DNA from: Kiritimatiellia bacterium
Lineage (GTDB): Bacteria > Verrucomicrobiota > Kiritimatiellia > RFP12 > UBA1067
DNA length: 64,000 nt
Assembly: GCA_050949565.1 (NCBI GenBank)
Contig: JBMNFY010000007.1
Span: 190,973 to 254,972 of the forward strand
Direction of reading: 5' to 3'
The number at the start of each line of letters is the position of its first letter. Position 1 is the first letter of the stretch. The notes beneath the pieces are model-generated. The model did not search any database. It was not told where the DNA came from and was given only the letters and a program-made list of their open reading frames with translations. Both the position numbers and the translations under genes were made by a program. Of this stretch, positions 19,686-29,602 are shown in pieces.

Positions 19686-20690
19686 CTATGAAGACCGGAC
19701 GCGCTCCGGAATGCCGCACGCCCGCATCGCATCCAGCAAGTGCGCACGGGCGGCCTGATAATCTTTCGGGCCAACGTATTCGAGAATCAGTGGGGCCTGC
19801 GGCGTGTGCTTGGCTGCCAAGGTCACGAAACGTTTGTAATCAATGTCGCCTTTACCGGCTGCGACACCACGGCTGGTGTGATGCTTGCGGTCTTTGGCAT
19901 GCAGACAGTCGATCCAAGGCGCGAGTTGCAAAAACATTTCGTCGAGGTCGTTGAGTTCCAAAAGGTTGGCCGGATCAAGCAACACGCGTAGGCGCGGTGA
20001 GTTCAGCTCGTCGACAAAAAGCCGCACTCGTTTGGCACTCGAGAAAAAGCTTAGGAAAGAGGGCTCGAACAGCACTTTGGCGTCGTGCTTGGCGGCCATG
20101 TCGCCCAATCGACGGGCGGTCGCAATCATGCGCGGCCAGACATCGTCCTGATACTCCAGCGGCACACGCGGCGCTGGCCCCTGCGGGTTGTAATAGTGGC
20201 CCGCTTCGGTGATAAAAGTGCGCACCCCCATGTGACCGCCGACCTCCATCATCGCTTCGAAATAGGCAAGGTTGGCATTCAACTCGTTGTCGTCGGGATG
20301 TATCAGGTTGGTGTAGACGCCGATGCTGTGGATAGCGAGTCCGGCATCACGATAAATTTTTGCGATCTCCTTGCAACGCGCAGGGGTGAGTCCGGCGAGA
20401 TCGCTCCGGCTGTTGTACTTCCAATACGCGCTATCTGTCTGCGTAAGAAAAAGCTGAATGGTGTTGAAGCCGGCGGACGCGAGTTCAGCGGCAAGGGCAG
20501 CGTTCGTGTGGCCACCGAAGCCGAGTGTTGAGATACCGACGGTCAAACCTTTCGTTACGGTCGGCGCATCGGCCCCGGCGGAGAGCCGCGCAACACCGCT
20601 TAATCCACAAAACGCTGAGGTTTGAACCATAGCCTTGAGTGCCTGGCGGCGCGAGAACATGTGATTCACGGATGGCGTCCTTTCTGACAT
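19686..20690 (-). CDS. Tat-exported sugar phosphate isomerase/epimerase (TIM barrel)
   Basis: SRRQALK twin-arginine motif; LFEP, LDPAN, HAKD, ILEY metal ligands. Confidence 0.82.
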   Translation of the reverse strand: MSERTPSVNHMFSRRQALKAMVQTSAFCGLSGVARLSAGADAPTVTKGLTVGISTLGFGGHTNAALAAELASAGFNTIQLFLTQTDSAYWKYNSRSDLAGLTPARCKEIAKIYRDAGLAIHSIGVYTNLIHPDDNELNANLAYFEAMMEVGGHMGVRTFITEAGHYYNPQGPAPRVPLEYQDDVWPRMIATARRLGDMAAKHDAKVLFEPSFLSFFSSAKRVRLFVDELNSPRLRVLLDPANLLELNDLDEMFLQLAPWIDCLHAKDRKHHTSRGVAAGKGDIDYKRFVTLAAKHTPQAPLILEYVGPKDYQAARAHLLDAMRACGIPERVRSS

Positions 20691-20835
20691 GGTTTAACGC
20701 TAAAATTGACTGAACGCCGCATGATACCATCCGTGCGCAAGGAGAGGAAAGCCAATATCTTTGGGCGGTCAGGATTTTACTCGCTTCTCACTCGTGACAG
20801 AGTGCCGTTTCCCATGGTATAGTGTTGCCACATCC

Positions 20836-21534
20836 ATGAGTAAGAGACCGACACAATTTGATTTTTGGTTTGCCGTCAACAACACGGAGATCGTGATGCC
20901 GCCCAAACGGCACCTCGAAACCTTCGGCAATACTATCATCAACTACTACCTCGTCAGTGAGTTGATGGACGCGGTGGGCAAAGTCCGCGTTCGTGAGGGC
21001 CGCATGCAGGCGCTGCGCCCCCAGATCATCACGCCTTCCGCCTACTCCTCGACTTTGCTCGAAGGGTTCGGCGAGCAGGCGCAGAAATATCTGGAGTGGC
21101 TCAGGGAGCATGAGGATTCGGTGCGTATCCTGCGCTACGGCTATACTCTCAAACAGGAAGCCTTCAGCGAGCAGGTCCTAACCGACTCGACCGAAGCCGT
21201 GCTAGAGCGCGTGACGCGTGAAGCCGCGACCAAGAACGATCCGTTCGCAGCCGTAATCAAAGGCGTGGACGAACCTTGGGATGTCTGCCTCGTGCGCCTT
21301 TTCTGGACCGTGATACAAAACTCTGCGCAGGAAAACATCCGCGAACTGAACGAGCGTCGGCTGTTTGAAATGCAGGACGGCCTGCCGGCGGGCCTGCGCG
21401 ACGAGATTGAGAAGGGCTTTCAGGCCGCCGCAAAAGACGCGAGCATGATCAAACCGCTCGGCAAGCTGTTACAAGACCACGGGCTTTTCGAACGTTTTCA
21501 GGACAGGTTCTTTGACCTCATCCAAAGGGATTAA
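20836..21534 (+). CDS. Conserved hypothetical protein
   Basis: Well-formed ORF (AVNNTEIV..P...LETFG, VRVREGR, GVDEPWDVCL) directly upstream of leuC; TG-TATAGT -10 box just upstream. Confidence 0.75.
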   Translation: MSKRPTQFDFWFAVNNTEIVMPPKRHLETFGNTIINYYLVSELMDAVGKVRVREGRMQALRPQIITPSAYSSTLLEGFGEQAQKYLEWLREHEDSVRILRYGYTLKQEAFSEQVLTDSTEAVLERVTREAATKNDPFAAVIKGVDEPWDVCLVRLFWTVIQNSAQENIRELNERRLFEMQDGLPAGLRDEIEKGFQAAAKDASMIKPLGKLLQDHGLFERFQDRFFDLIQRD

Positions 21535-21541
21535 CACTGCT

Positions 21542-22831
21542 ATGACCCTTACAGAAAAAATCTTGGCGCGCGAATCGGGAGCCAAAAGCGTTGCTCCCGG
21601 CGACAATATCTGGGTCGATGTCGGCATTCTGCTGACGCACGACGTCTGCGGTCCCGGTACGATCGGCATTTTCCAGCGCGAGTTCGGCAAAAACGCCAAA
21701 GTTTTCGACCGCGAAAAGGTCGTGATCCTGCCGGACCACTACATCTACACGGCGGACGAAAAAGCGCACCGCAACGTGGACACCCTGCGCGCTTTTGTCA
21801 AAGAGCAGGGGCTGCCCTACTTTTACGATCCCGGTACCGAAAGTTATTGTGGCGTCTGCCATGTGGCGTTGCCGGAGTTGGGTCATGTGCGTCCCGGTGA
21901 GACGATCTTCGGCACCGATTCACACACCTGCACGCACGGTGCGCTGGGCGCGTTCTCTACCGGCATCGGCAACACCGACGCGGGCTTTATCCTGGGCACA
22001 GGGAAGCTACTGGTCAAGGTGCCACCGACCATGCGCTTCGTGCTGGAAGGTGAATTGCCCGCTTATCTGTCCGCCAAGGATCTGATCCTGCACATCATCG
22101 GCGATATCGGCGTGGACGGAGCGACCTACTGCGCCATGGAGTTTGCCGGTTCCGCTATTGCCAGCCTCAGCATTGACGAACGGTGTACCATCTGCAACAT
22201 GGCGGTGGAAGCCGGCGCCAAGAACGGGATCATCGCCCCGGACAAGAAGACACTGGACTACGTGAACGCCCGCACGCAAAAGCCGTTCGAGCCGCTGTAC
22301 GGTGACGCCGACGCTAAAGTCGTATCCGAGCGGGTCTACAATGTCTCTAAACTCGAGCCGGTGGTGGCGCGTCCGCATCTGCCGGACAATAAGGCCCTGG
22401 CCCGCGATTGCCGCGACGTGAAGATCGATCAGGTGTACATCGGTTCTTGCACCGGTGGCAAGCTGGAGGATTTCATCATGGCGGCGCACATCATAAAGGG
22501 CCGCCGTGTCGCAATCCGAACGCTGCTCGTGCCGGCGACCCGCACAGTCGAACGCGGACTGGACGAGACCCGCATTGACGGCCAGAGCCTGCGGCAGATT
22601 TTCGAGGCGGCCGGCGTCGAACCGATCGCGCCGCCCTCGTGCGCGGCGTGTCTGGGCGGGCCGATCGACACCTTCGGGCGCACCCACGGCAACGAAGTGG
22701 TGGTCAGCACCACCAACCGCAATTTCATTGGCCGCATGGGTTCGAAAGACGCGCAGATTTATCTGGCCTCGCCCTATACCGCAGCGGCGACGGCCGTGAC
22801 CGGACACATCACCGATCCGCGCGACCTGTAG
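21542..22831 (+). CDS. leuC: 3-isopropylmalate dehydratase/homoaconitase large subunit
   Basis: MTLTEKILA, HD, PDH, GTDSHTCT, IGSCTGG, SCAACLG, STTNRNFIGRMG. Confidence 0.92.
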   Translation: MTLTEKILARESGAKSVAPGDNIWVDVGILLTHDVCGPGTIGIFQREFGKNAKVFDREKVVILPDHYIYTADEKAHRNVDTLRAFVKEQGLPYFYDPGTESYCGVCHVALPELGHVRPGETIFGTDSHTCTHGALGAFSTGIGNTDAGFILGTGKLLVKVPPTMRFVLEGELPAYLSAKDLILHIIGDIGVDGATYCAMEFAGSAIASLSIDERCTICNMAVEAGAKNGIIAPDKKTLDYVNARTQKPFEPLYGDADAKVVSERVYNVSKLEPVVARPHLPDNKALARDCRDVKIDQVYIGSCTGGKLEDFIMAAHIIKGRRVAIRTLLVPATRTVERGLDETRIDGQSLRQIFEAAGVEPIAPPSCAACLGGPIDTFGRTHGNEVVVSTTNRNFIGRMGSKDAQIYLASPYTAAATAVTGHITDPRDL

Positions 22832-22862
22832 CGAGTGTCCTCACGAACCGTGGACGCTCAAT

Positions 22863-23085
22863 CGAAACCATGAAACACATGAAACTTCATGAAAATCAGG
22901 AGCATCTTAGAGGTTCCAGAAAACGCTCAACGTTTAACGCTCAAGTAAGTGCGCAAAATTTGGAGTGCGGTGACAAGAGCCGCGCTGTGCGCGGGTCGCG
23001 GCACCGCTTTCGCGCGCCGCTTTGCCACCCCACTCGTGCTTTAAAAGCGGCGTCGCGCGGAATACCGCTTGCCGCCGCACTCCAA
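22863..23085. repeat. Short repeats plus a long REP-like palindrome between leuC and leuD
   Basis: (catgaaa)-type repeats 22863-22893; TTGGAGTGCGG...CCGCTTT...AAAGCGG...CCGCACTCCAA hairpin 22960-23085. Confidence 0.75.
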
Positions 23086-23131
23086 GTTCTTTCGCCAGAC
23101 TTGCAGTCACGCAGTCACAAGGATAAGTTCT

Positions 23132-23680
23132 ATGCTTAACACCACCACCATTCGCGGGCCGGTCTACGTGCTCGAAGACAACATCGACACCGACCTGCTG
23201 ATACCGGCATGCTATCTCAATCTCGTGCCCACGATTCCGGAGGAGTACCGCAAGCTCGGCTCGTACGCGCTGGCGGGACTGCCGGACACCTTCCCGAAGT
23301 TCGCCTCGAATCCGGATGGCACCACCCCCTACCCGATCGTCATCGGCGGACGCAATTTCGGTTGCGGTTCGTCGCGCGAGCATGCGCCGATTGCGCTGGG
23401 CGCGGCGGGGGCCAAGGCGGTGGTGGCGGAGAGCTACGCGCGTATTTTCTTCCGCAATTCAGTAGCCACCGGCGAGATCTTTCCGCTGGAATCCGAGCAA
23501 CGCCTGTGTGAAGAATTTAAGACCGGCGACGAGGCTGAAATCGATATGGCGTCGAACACCATCACGCGTCTCGCGGACGGCGCGGTCTTCCCCTTGAAAC
23601 CGATCGGTGCGGTCGCGCCGGTCATTGCCGCCGGCGGCATGTTCGCTTACGCCCGCGAGATCGGAATGATTAAGTCATGA
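23132..23680 (+). CDS. leuD: 3-isopropylmalate dehydratase small subunit
   Basis: DNIDTDLLIP, GRNFGCGSSREHAP, AESYARIFFRN. Confidence 0.92.
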   Translation: MLNTTTIRGPVYVLEDNIDTDLLIPACYLNLVPTIPEEYRKLGSYALAGLPDTFPKFASNPDGTTPYPIVIGGRNFGCGSSREHAPIALGAAGAKAVVAESYARIFFRNSVATGEIFPLESEQRLCEEFKTGDEAEIDMASNTITRLADGAVFPLKPIGAVAPVIAAGGMFAYAREIGMIKS

Positions 23681-24492
23681 GCGCCAGAACCACCCGCGTC
23701 ATCGCAGTCGCCAACCAAAAGGGCGGCGTCGGCAAGACGACCACGGTCGTCAATCTGGCCGCAGCGCTCTCCCTGATGCAGAAGACGGTCTTGGTTATCG
23801 ACCTTGATCCGCAGGCCAACGCCACCAGCGGTCTCGGCCTTCCGCGCCGATCGGGCTACAGCCTCTATCCCGTGCTCACCGGCGCGGCCGACGTAGCGGA
23901 CATCATCCAGGCCACGCCGTATGAAGGCATCAACATCATTCCCGCCGAGCTTGACCTGGCCGGCGCGGAGATCGAGATTGCCCGGCAGGAGAACCATCTG
24001 GCAGTGGTCCGCAATGCGCTGGATCGAGTGCTCACCGCCGGAGTCTTTGACTATGTGCTGATGGACTGTCCGCCCTCGCTCGGTATTCTGATGACCTCTT
24101 CGCTCGCAGCGGCCGATGGCATCATCGTCACCATGCAGTGCGAATACTACGCCATGGAAGGGTTGAGCGTGATCACCTCGCTGATTGACCAACTCCGCGC
24201 CAACGGCGTCAACCCCGGCTTGCAACTCGAAGGCATCCTGATGACCATGTTTGATGGACGCACACGCCTCTCCGCTGATGTCGTGGCGGAGGTGCGCACG
24301 CACTTCGGAGAGCGAGTCTACGATACGGTCATCCCGCGCAACGTGCGCGTCAGCGAGGCACCCAGCTTCGGTCAGCCGGTTGTCTTCTACGATCCCGCCA
24401 GCCGCGGCGCGGAAGCCTACCGCGCCTTCGCGGAAGAGTTTGCGCACCGCACGCCCGCAGGCAGGTCGGCGGTTCATGGACACCCGAATTGA
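23677..24492 (+). CDS. parA: ParA/Soj family ATPase
   Basis: NQKGGVGKTTT, IDLDPQANAT, DCPPSLG, QCEYYAMEG, IPRNVRVSEAPSFG. Confidence 0.92.
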   Translation: MSARTTRVIAVANQKGGVGKTTTVVNLAAALSLMQKTVLVIDLDPQANATSGLGLPRRSGYSLYPVLTGAADVADIIQATPYEGINIIPAELDLAGAEIEIARQENHLAVVRNALDRVLTAGVFDYVLMDCPPSLGILMTSSLAAADGIIVTMQCEYYAMEGLSVITSLIDQLRANGVNPGLQLEGILMTMFDGRTRLSADVVAEVRTHFGERVYDTVIPRNVRVSEAPSFGQPVVFYDPASRGAEAYRAFAEEFAHRTPAGRSAVHGHPN

Positions 24493-27400
24493 TGAGCGAA
24501 AACAGCTTATTCTCCGGCTATTTGAAGGAACTGCACGCTGTTGCCCGGCAGGGTGACGCGCGTGAAGAGAGTTTTTATCCCGCGCTCGCGGATATGCTGA
24601 AAGCCGTAGCCGACGAAACCGGACGCAAACACGTTCACGTCACCACGTTGCCCAAACCCACCGATGCCGGGAACCCGGATTTTCGCCTGTGGAACGGCAC
24701 CGACAGGATCGTCGGCTATATTGAGGCGAAGAATCCGACCATCGAGAACCTGGACGCCATCGAGGATTCGGAGCAACTCAAGCGCTACCGCGAAACGTTC
24801 CCGAACCTGATCCTGACCAACTTCTTCGAGTTCCGCCTCTATCGCAACGGAGAACGGGTACAGACCGTCCTCGCGGCGCGGCCATTCGTCATGACCCGCC
24901 TGCACACGACGCCACCCGTTGAACGCGCAGACGAACTTCAAGTACTGCTCGACCGCTTCCTCGATTTCTCGCTCCCGAAGGTTTTCACAGCGGAATCTCT
25001 GGCCGTTGAACTGGCCAAGCGCACGCGCTTCCTGCGGGATGAGGTCGCCCAGCAACTCGCGAGAGAGAGGGATGCGCCCAGTGTCCTTACCGGGTTCTTC
25101 GAAGCATTCCAGACCTATCTGATCGGCACTCTGGAACCCGAGGATTTCGCCGACCTCTTTGCGCAGACGATCACCTACGGGCTTTTTGCTGCCCGCACCC
25201 GCTCTGGCGAAACCTTCAGCCGCCGCGCCGCCTTTGACAGTATCCCGCATACGATCGGCGTCTTGCGCGACCTGTTCCGGTTTATCTCGCTGGGCGATCT
25301 GCCCGAGCAACTGGCTTGGTGCGTGGACGACATCGCCGAAGTGCTCGCCGTGGCTGACGCTCCCGGCATCCTCGACCGCTACTATCACGAGGGCAAAGGC
25401 AGCGACCCCATCGTCCACTTCTACGAGACCTTCCTTGCCCAGTACGATCCCAAAGAACGCGAGCAGCGCGGTGTCTACTACACCCCCGAGCCTGTCGTCG
25501 GCTACATCGTCCGGTCGCTCCATAACATTCTCAAGACCGAATTCGGCAAGCGCGACGGCCTCGCCTCGGAGGGCGTGACGCTGCTCGATCCGGCGGCCGG
25601 CACCATGACCTTCATCGCCCGTGCCGTTGCGCTGGCGGTGGCGGAGTTCGAGGCCAAATACGGCACAGGCGGCCGCGCCGATTTCATCCGCCACCACATC
25701 CTTAAGAACTTCTACGCCTTCGAGCTGATGATGGCTCCCTACGCCGTGGGCCATCTCAAGATGAGTTTCTTTCTCGAAGAACTCGGTCACCGTCTCCGTG
25801 ATGACGAGCGCATGCCGTTCTACCTCACCAACACCCTCGACAACGAGGAACTGGAACAGAGCCGCCTGCCCGGCTTCTCCGCTTTGGCCGAGGAATCCCG
25901 CCTCGCTGGACAGGTCAAGCAGCAAACCCCAATCCTCGTCATCCTCGGCAATCCCCCCTACTCCGGCCACTCGACCAACACCGGCGACTGGATACGCGGG
26001 TTGATTGAGACATACAAGCAGGTGGACGGCAAGCCGCTCGGCGAGAAGAACCCCAAATGGCTCCAGGACGATTACGTGAAATTCCTGCGTTTCGCGCAGT
26101 GGAAGATCGAACAGGCCGGCTGCGGCGTAGTCGGCATGATCACCAACCACGGCTATCTGGACAACCCTACCTTCCGCGGCATGCGCCGAAGCCTCATGCA
26201 AACCTTCGACGACATCTACATTCTGGATCTTCACGGAAATGCGCTCAAGAAGGAAACCAGTCCCGACGGCTCGCCGGACAAAAATGTTTTCGACATCCGC
26301 CCGGGCGTGGCTATTGCCTTCTTCATCAAGCGCGGCGGCAAAACGAAGTCCGACGCCGTAGTCCGGCACGCGGAATTGTACGGCACGCGCGAATCGAAGT
26401 ACACATGGCTGGATAGGCATGATGCCAAGAAAACCCGCTGGCGCAAATTGACGCCGCGTACCGACAGCTACCTTTTCATCCCGCGAGACGAGTCGTCGCT
26501 TCGCGTATATGAACGCTTCCTGTCTATCCCCGACATCTTTCCGCTCAACAGTGTCGGCATCGTCACCGCCCGCGACAACTTGACGATCCAGTGGTCGGCA
26601 CAAGATGTCTGGCACACGGTCAACCTGTTCGCAAAATCGAACCCAGAACTCGCGCGCCGCAGCCATCAATTGGGCAAGGACGCAAGAGACTGGAAGGTCA
26701 CACTTGCGCAGCAAGACATTCTCGATTCTGGGCCTAGCCGCGATAAAGTCGTTCCAATTCTTTACCGTCCTTTCGACGTGCGCCACACCTACTACACCGG
26801 ATGCGTCCGCGCGGCTTCCTGTGCATGCCGCGCCACGAGGTCATGCAGCACATGCTGACGGGCGACAATCTAGCGCTGTGCGTGGGAAGGCAGGGACAGG
26901 TCGTCGGTGCAGGTGAATGGAACCTTTGCTTCTGTTCCAAAACGATTGAGGACTTCAACCTCTTCTATCGCGGGGGCAATGTCAATTTTCCCCTCTACCT
27001 GTATCCGGAGCCCGAGCAACCGAAGAAAGACAAAGCCGGGGTCGGACGTTATGTGTCGATGATGCTGTTCGAGCCGAAGGAGCTATATGGCGCACGGCGA
27101 CTGAATCTGAATGCGGCCATTGTTGGCGCGCTCGCGGCAGCCTATGGCAAGGCACCGACGCCAGAGTCCATCTTCCATTACGTCTATGCGGTGCTCTACG
27201 CGCCCACCTACCGCACAAAGTACGCTGAGTTCCTGAAGATGGATTTCCCGCGCATCCCATTCACGTCCGACGCCAAGCTCTTCAAGAGACTGGCCGCGTT
27301 GGGCGAGAAGCTGGTTGCGCTGCACCTGCTGAAATCGCCCGAACTCGACCCGCCGACATGCCGGTTCGAAGGGGACGGCGACAACCGCGTTGAAAAGGAT

Positions 27401-27690
27401 CGTAAGACCGGACTGCGGTATGACGCCGACGAGGAGCGGGTCTACATCAACGCTGAACGCAGTACTTTGCGCCCGTTCCCGAAGCCATCTGGAACTATCA
27501 GATCGGCGGCTACCAGGTCTGCGAGAAGTGGCTCAAGGATCGAAGGGAGCGGCGTCTTGAACTCGACGACATCCGCGCCTACTGCCGCATCGCAACCGCG
27601 CTCGGGAAGACCATCCAATTACAGGATGAGATCGACGCGATCTATCCTGAAGCGGAGAAGCAGACGGTGGTTGTGCCGGAAGACGACTAA
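24492..27690 (+). pseudogene. Single-chain Type IIG/ISP-like restriction-modification enzyme (nuclease-m6A MTase-TRD) with two frameshifts
   Basis: PDF...IEAK nuclease, GVYYTPEPVV, LDPAAGT, GNPPY. Frameshifts near 26800 and 27458. The third frame continues QYFAPVPEAIWNYQIGGYQVCEKWLKDR to TAA 27688-27690. Confidence 0.85.
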
Positions 27691-27702
27691 TGCGGGCACA
27701 AA

Positions 27703-27734
27703 TAGGTAATAAGTAAGAGGTAAGAGGTAATAAG
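27703..27734. repeat. Heptamer tandem repeat (KARGTAA)n
   Basis: taggtaa taagtaa gaggtaa gaggtaa taagg. Confidence 0.65.
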
Positions 27735-27736
27735 GA

Positions 27737-27895
27737 TCGACGGCGGATGCGCCAGCCGCTTGCGGTACGGCAGATTCCGTTCGTCCACACTTTTCACCCT
27801 TCTGACTCAACGTTTCGGCTCGTGAGGACACTCGCCCTCCAGTACTCATCCACGCCCGTCCCTGCGTACTGGAGGGCGAGCGTCCCCGCGAGCCG
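27737..27895 (-). repeat. Direct repeat of 28430-28586: truncated RAYT 5' end plus a REPIN (27816-27895)
   Basis: GTG 27788 reads VDERNLPYRKRLAHPPS, matching the RAYT N-terminus MDERNLPQRKHLAHPPS; inverted REP pair. Confidence 0.85.
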
Positions 27896-27947
27896 CAGAG
27901 CCATGCCCAGTACGGCGGGACGTCCCGAACCGCCGGAAACACGCGCC

Positions 27948-28481
27948 CTACCACCACAACGAATGAACCTCCCCTTGGAACGGCCATGCGTCGGCATCGG
28001 CGACCAGCCCCGCGCGCACGGGATTCTCCCGCACGTACAGCCACTTCCGGTGATACTGATCCCCGTCACGCATCTGCGTATCCCAAAAATCAGCCTGCCA
28101 CCTCCAAGGAACGGCCTCCGATCCACACCCATCCCCCGGCACTGGCACTGGAGGGCGAGTGTCCCCACGAGCCGCACCCGCCAGCCGCATCGTCACGCAT
28201 CTTTTAAAATACCGCCCCCACTGCCGCACCGGAACCGCAGGAAACCGTCCCGGCGCACAAAACAGATGCACATGATCCGGCATGATCACATACCGCCCCA
28301 CCAGCCACGCATCCGCATCGCCGCATGCGCCACGAAACGCCGCATGAAACCTCTCCAACGCCAGAAAGTTCCCGCGCGGCTGCACGGTCAGCGTCACGAA
28401 CAGGATGACCGGACGGTTATCGCGCTCGACCGACGGCGGATGCGCCAGATGCTTGCGCTGCGGTAGATTCCGCTCGTCCAT
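27948..28481 (-). CDS. REP-associated tyrosine transposase (RAYT, HUH/Y1 family)
   Basis: LFVT, YVIMPDHVHL (HUH), WQADFWD, YVRENPVRAGLV...WPF; flanked by REP pairs. Confidence 0.9.
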   Translation of the reverse strand: MDERNLPQRKHLAHPPSVERDNRPVILFVTLTVQPRGNFLALERFHAAFRGACGDADAWLVGRYVIMPDHVHLFCAPGRFPAVPVRQWGRYFKRCVTMRLAGAARGDTRPPVPVPGDGCGSEAVPWRWQADFWDTQMRDGDQYHRKWLYVRENPVRAGLVADADAWPFQGEVHSLWW

Positions 28482-28508
28482 ACTTTTCACCTTTCTGACT
28501 CAACGTTT

Positions 28509-28586
28509 CGGCTCGTGGGGACACTCGCCCTCCAGTACTCATCCACGCCATCCCCCGCACTGGAGGGCGAGCGTCCCCGCGAGCCG
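28509..28586. repeat. REPIN: inverted pair of the 26-nt REP TGGAGGGCGAGYGTCCCCRCGAGCCG
   Basis: Copies at 28509-28534(-) and 28561-28586(+). Same REP at 27816, 27870, 28149, 49675 (partial), 49710 and 54023. Confidence 0.88.
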
Positions 28587-28621
28587 CCCTGCCCTCAAAA
28601 AACCTCTGCGTCTCTGCGTGA

Positions 28622-29602
28622 CTACAGACTAGCGGTCAGCGCGAAGATCACGTCTTCCTCGGTGATAATCCCTAACACTGCACCGCTATCGCGTTCGCTT
28701 ACCAGTGCCAGCGGATGACGGTGTTTGCGCATCAACGGCAGCACGTCGTCGGCACGCTCATCGGCACTCACAAAGAAGGGCTTCTCCATGCTGTCTCTGG
28801 CCAGCAAGACGTCAGGATCGGGATTGGATGCCAGTGCTTTCGCGACATTCAGCACGCCGACACACCGCGTTCCGTCTTCGTTAAAAACCGGCAACCGCAC
28901 ATGCCCGGAATCGCGGACAGTCTGGAAGCAATCGCGCAACGGTGCCGTCTCGCATGTCCTAACCACACGGCTCAGCGGCGTCATAATCTGCGCGGCCGTC
29001 TGGGTATGCAGAGTCAGCACACGATTGATCATTAGCCGTTCAAAGGCAGAGATACGCGAACCGTGCTTGGCGTCGCTGACCACGTTCTGGATATATTCAC
29101 GCGTCATCAGAAAACGTTGGCCGGTGCCGGAGTCCGATTGGGGCACCAGCCAGCGCGTCAGAAAGAGAATGGTGTTGGTCAGCGGCGTCAGCAGACGATC
29201 CATCACATAGAAGGGGCGCGCCACCAACAGCGTCCGCCGCAACGGGCGGGTCGTGAAAAACAGCTTGGGCAGAAATTCGCAGAAGAACAGCACCAGAAAC
29301 GCCATCACAACCGCCCACAACGTCTGAGCTCCGCTGTTGCTCGGGAAACAACTCTGCGCCAAGCTGGCCGACAGTGTAGACAGTATGACGTTCACCAAGT
29401 TATGCCCGACCAACAGCGAGGCCAGACAGCGTTGCAAATCTCCGAGGTGTCCGTGTAAAATCCGCGCCGACTTCACGCCCGCGCGAACTAGGTGCATGAG
29501 TCGCGCATGACTGAGCGACAACAGGCCCGTCTCGGTACCCGAAAGAAATGCGGCGACTAAAGCGCAGAGCAGAATGCCGACGATGTAGAGTCCTGCCTTC
29601 AC
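28622..29602 (-). CDS. CNNM (DUF21)-CBS domain protein
   Basis: AFLSGTETGLLS, LLVGHNLVN, FCEFLPK, IMTPL, SGHVRLPVF, GIITEEDV. Confidence 0.85.
   Translation of the reverse strand: MKAGLYIVGILLCALVAAFLSGTETGLLSLSHARLMHLVRAGVKSARILHGHLGDLQRCLASLLVGHNLVNVILSTLSASLAQSCFPSNSGAQTLWAVVMAFLVLFFCEFLPKLFFTTRPLRRTLLVARPFYVMDRLLTPLTNTILFLTRWLVPQSDSGTGQRFLMTREYIQNVVSDAKHGSRISAFERLMINRVLTLHTQTAAQIMTPLSRVVRTCETAPLRDCFQTVRDSGHVRLPVFNEDGTRCVGVLNVAKALASNPDPDVLLARDSMEKPFFVSADERADDVLPLMRKHRHPLALVSERDSGAVLGIITEEDVIFALTASL

Noticed and set aside
24507-26786. 759-aa antisense ORF (and similar ones, e.g. 526..1665, 37186..38460, 57249..58646, 59829..61154)
   Set aside because: Shadow ORFs opposite well-supported genes in GC-rich DNA, with no recognisable motifs.
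27816-28586. Repeated 26-mers as a CRISPR array
   Set aside because: Copies are inverted and irregularly spaced, flank a RAYT, and no cas genes are present.
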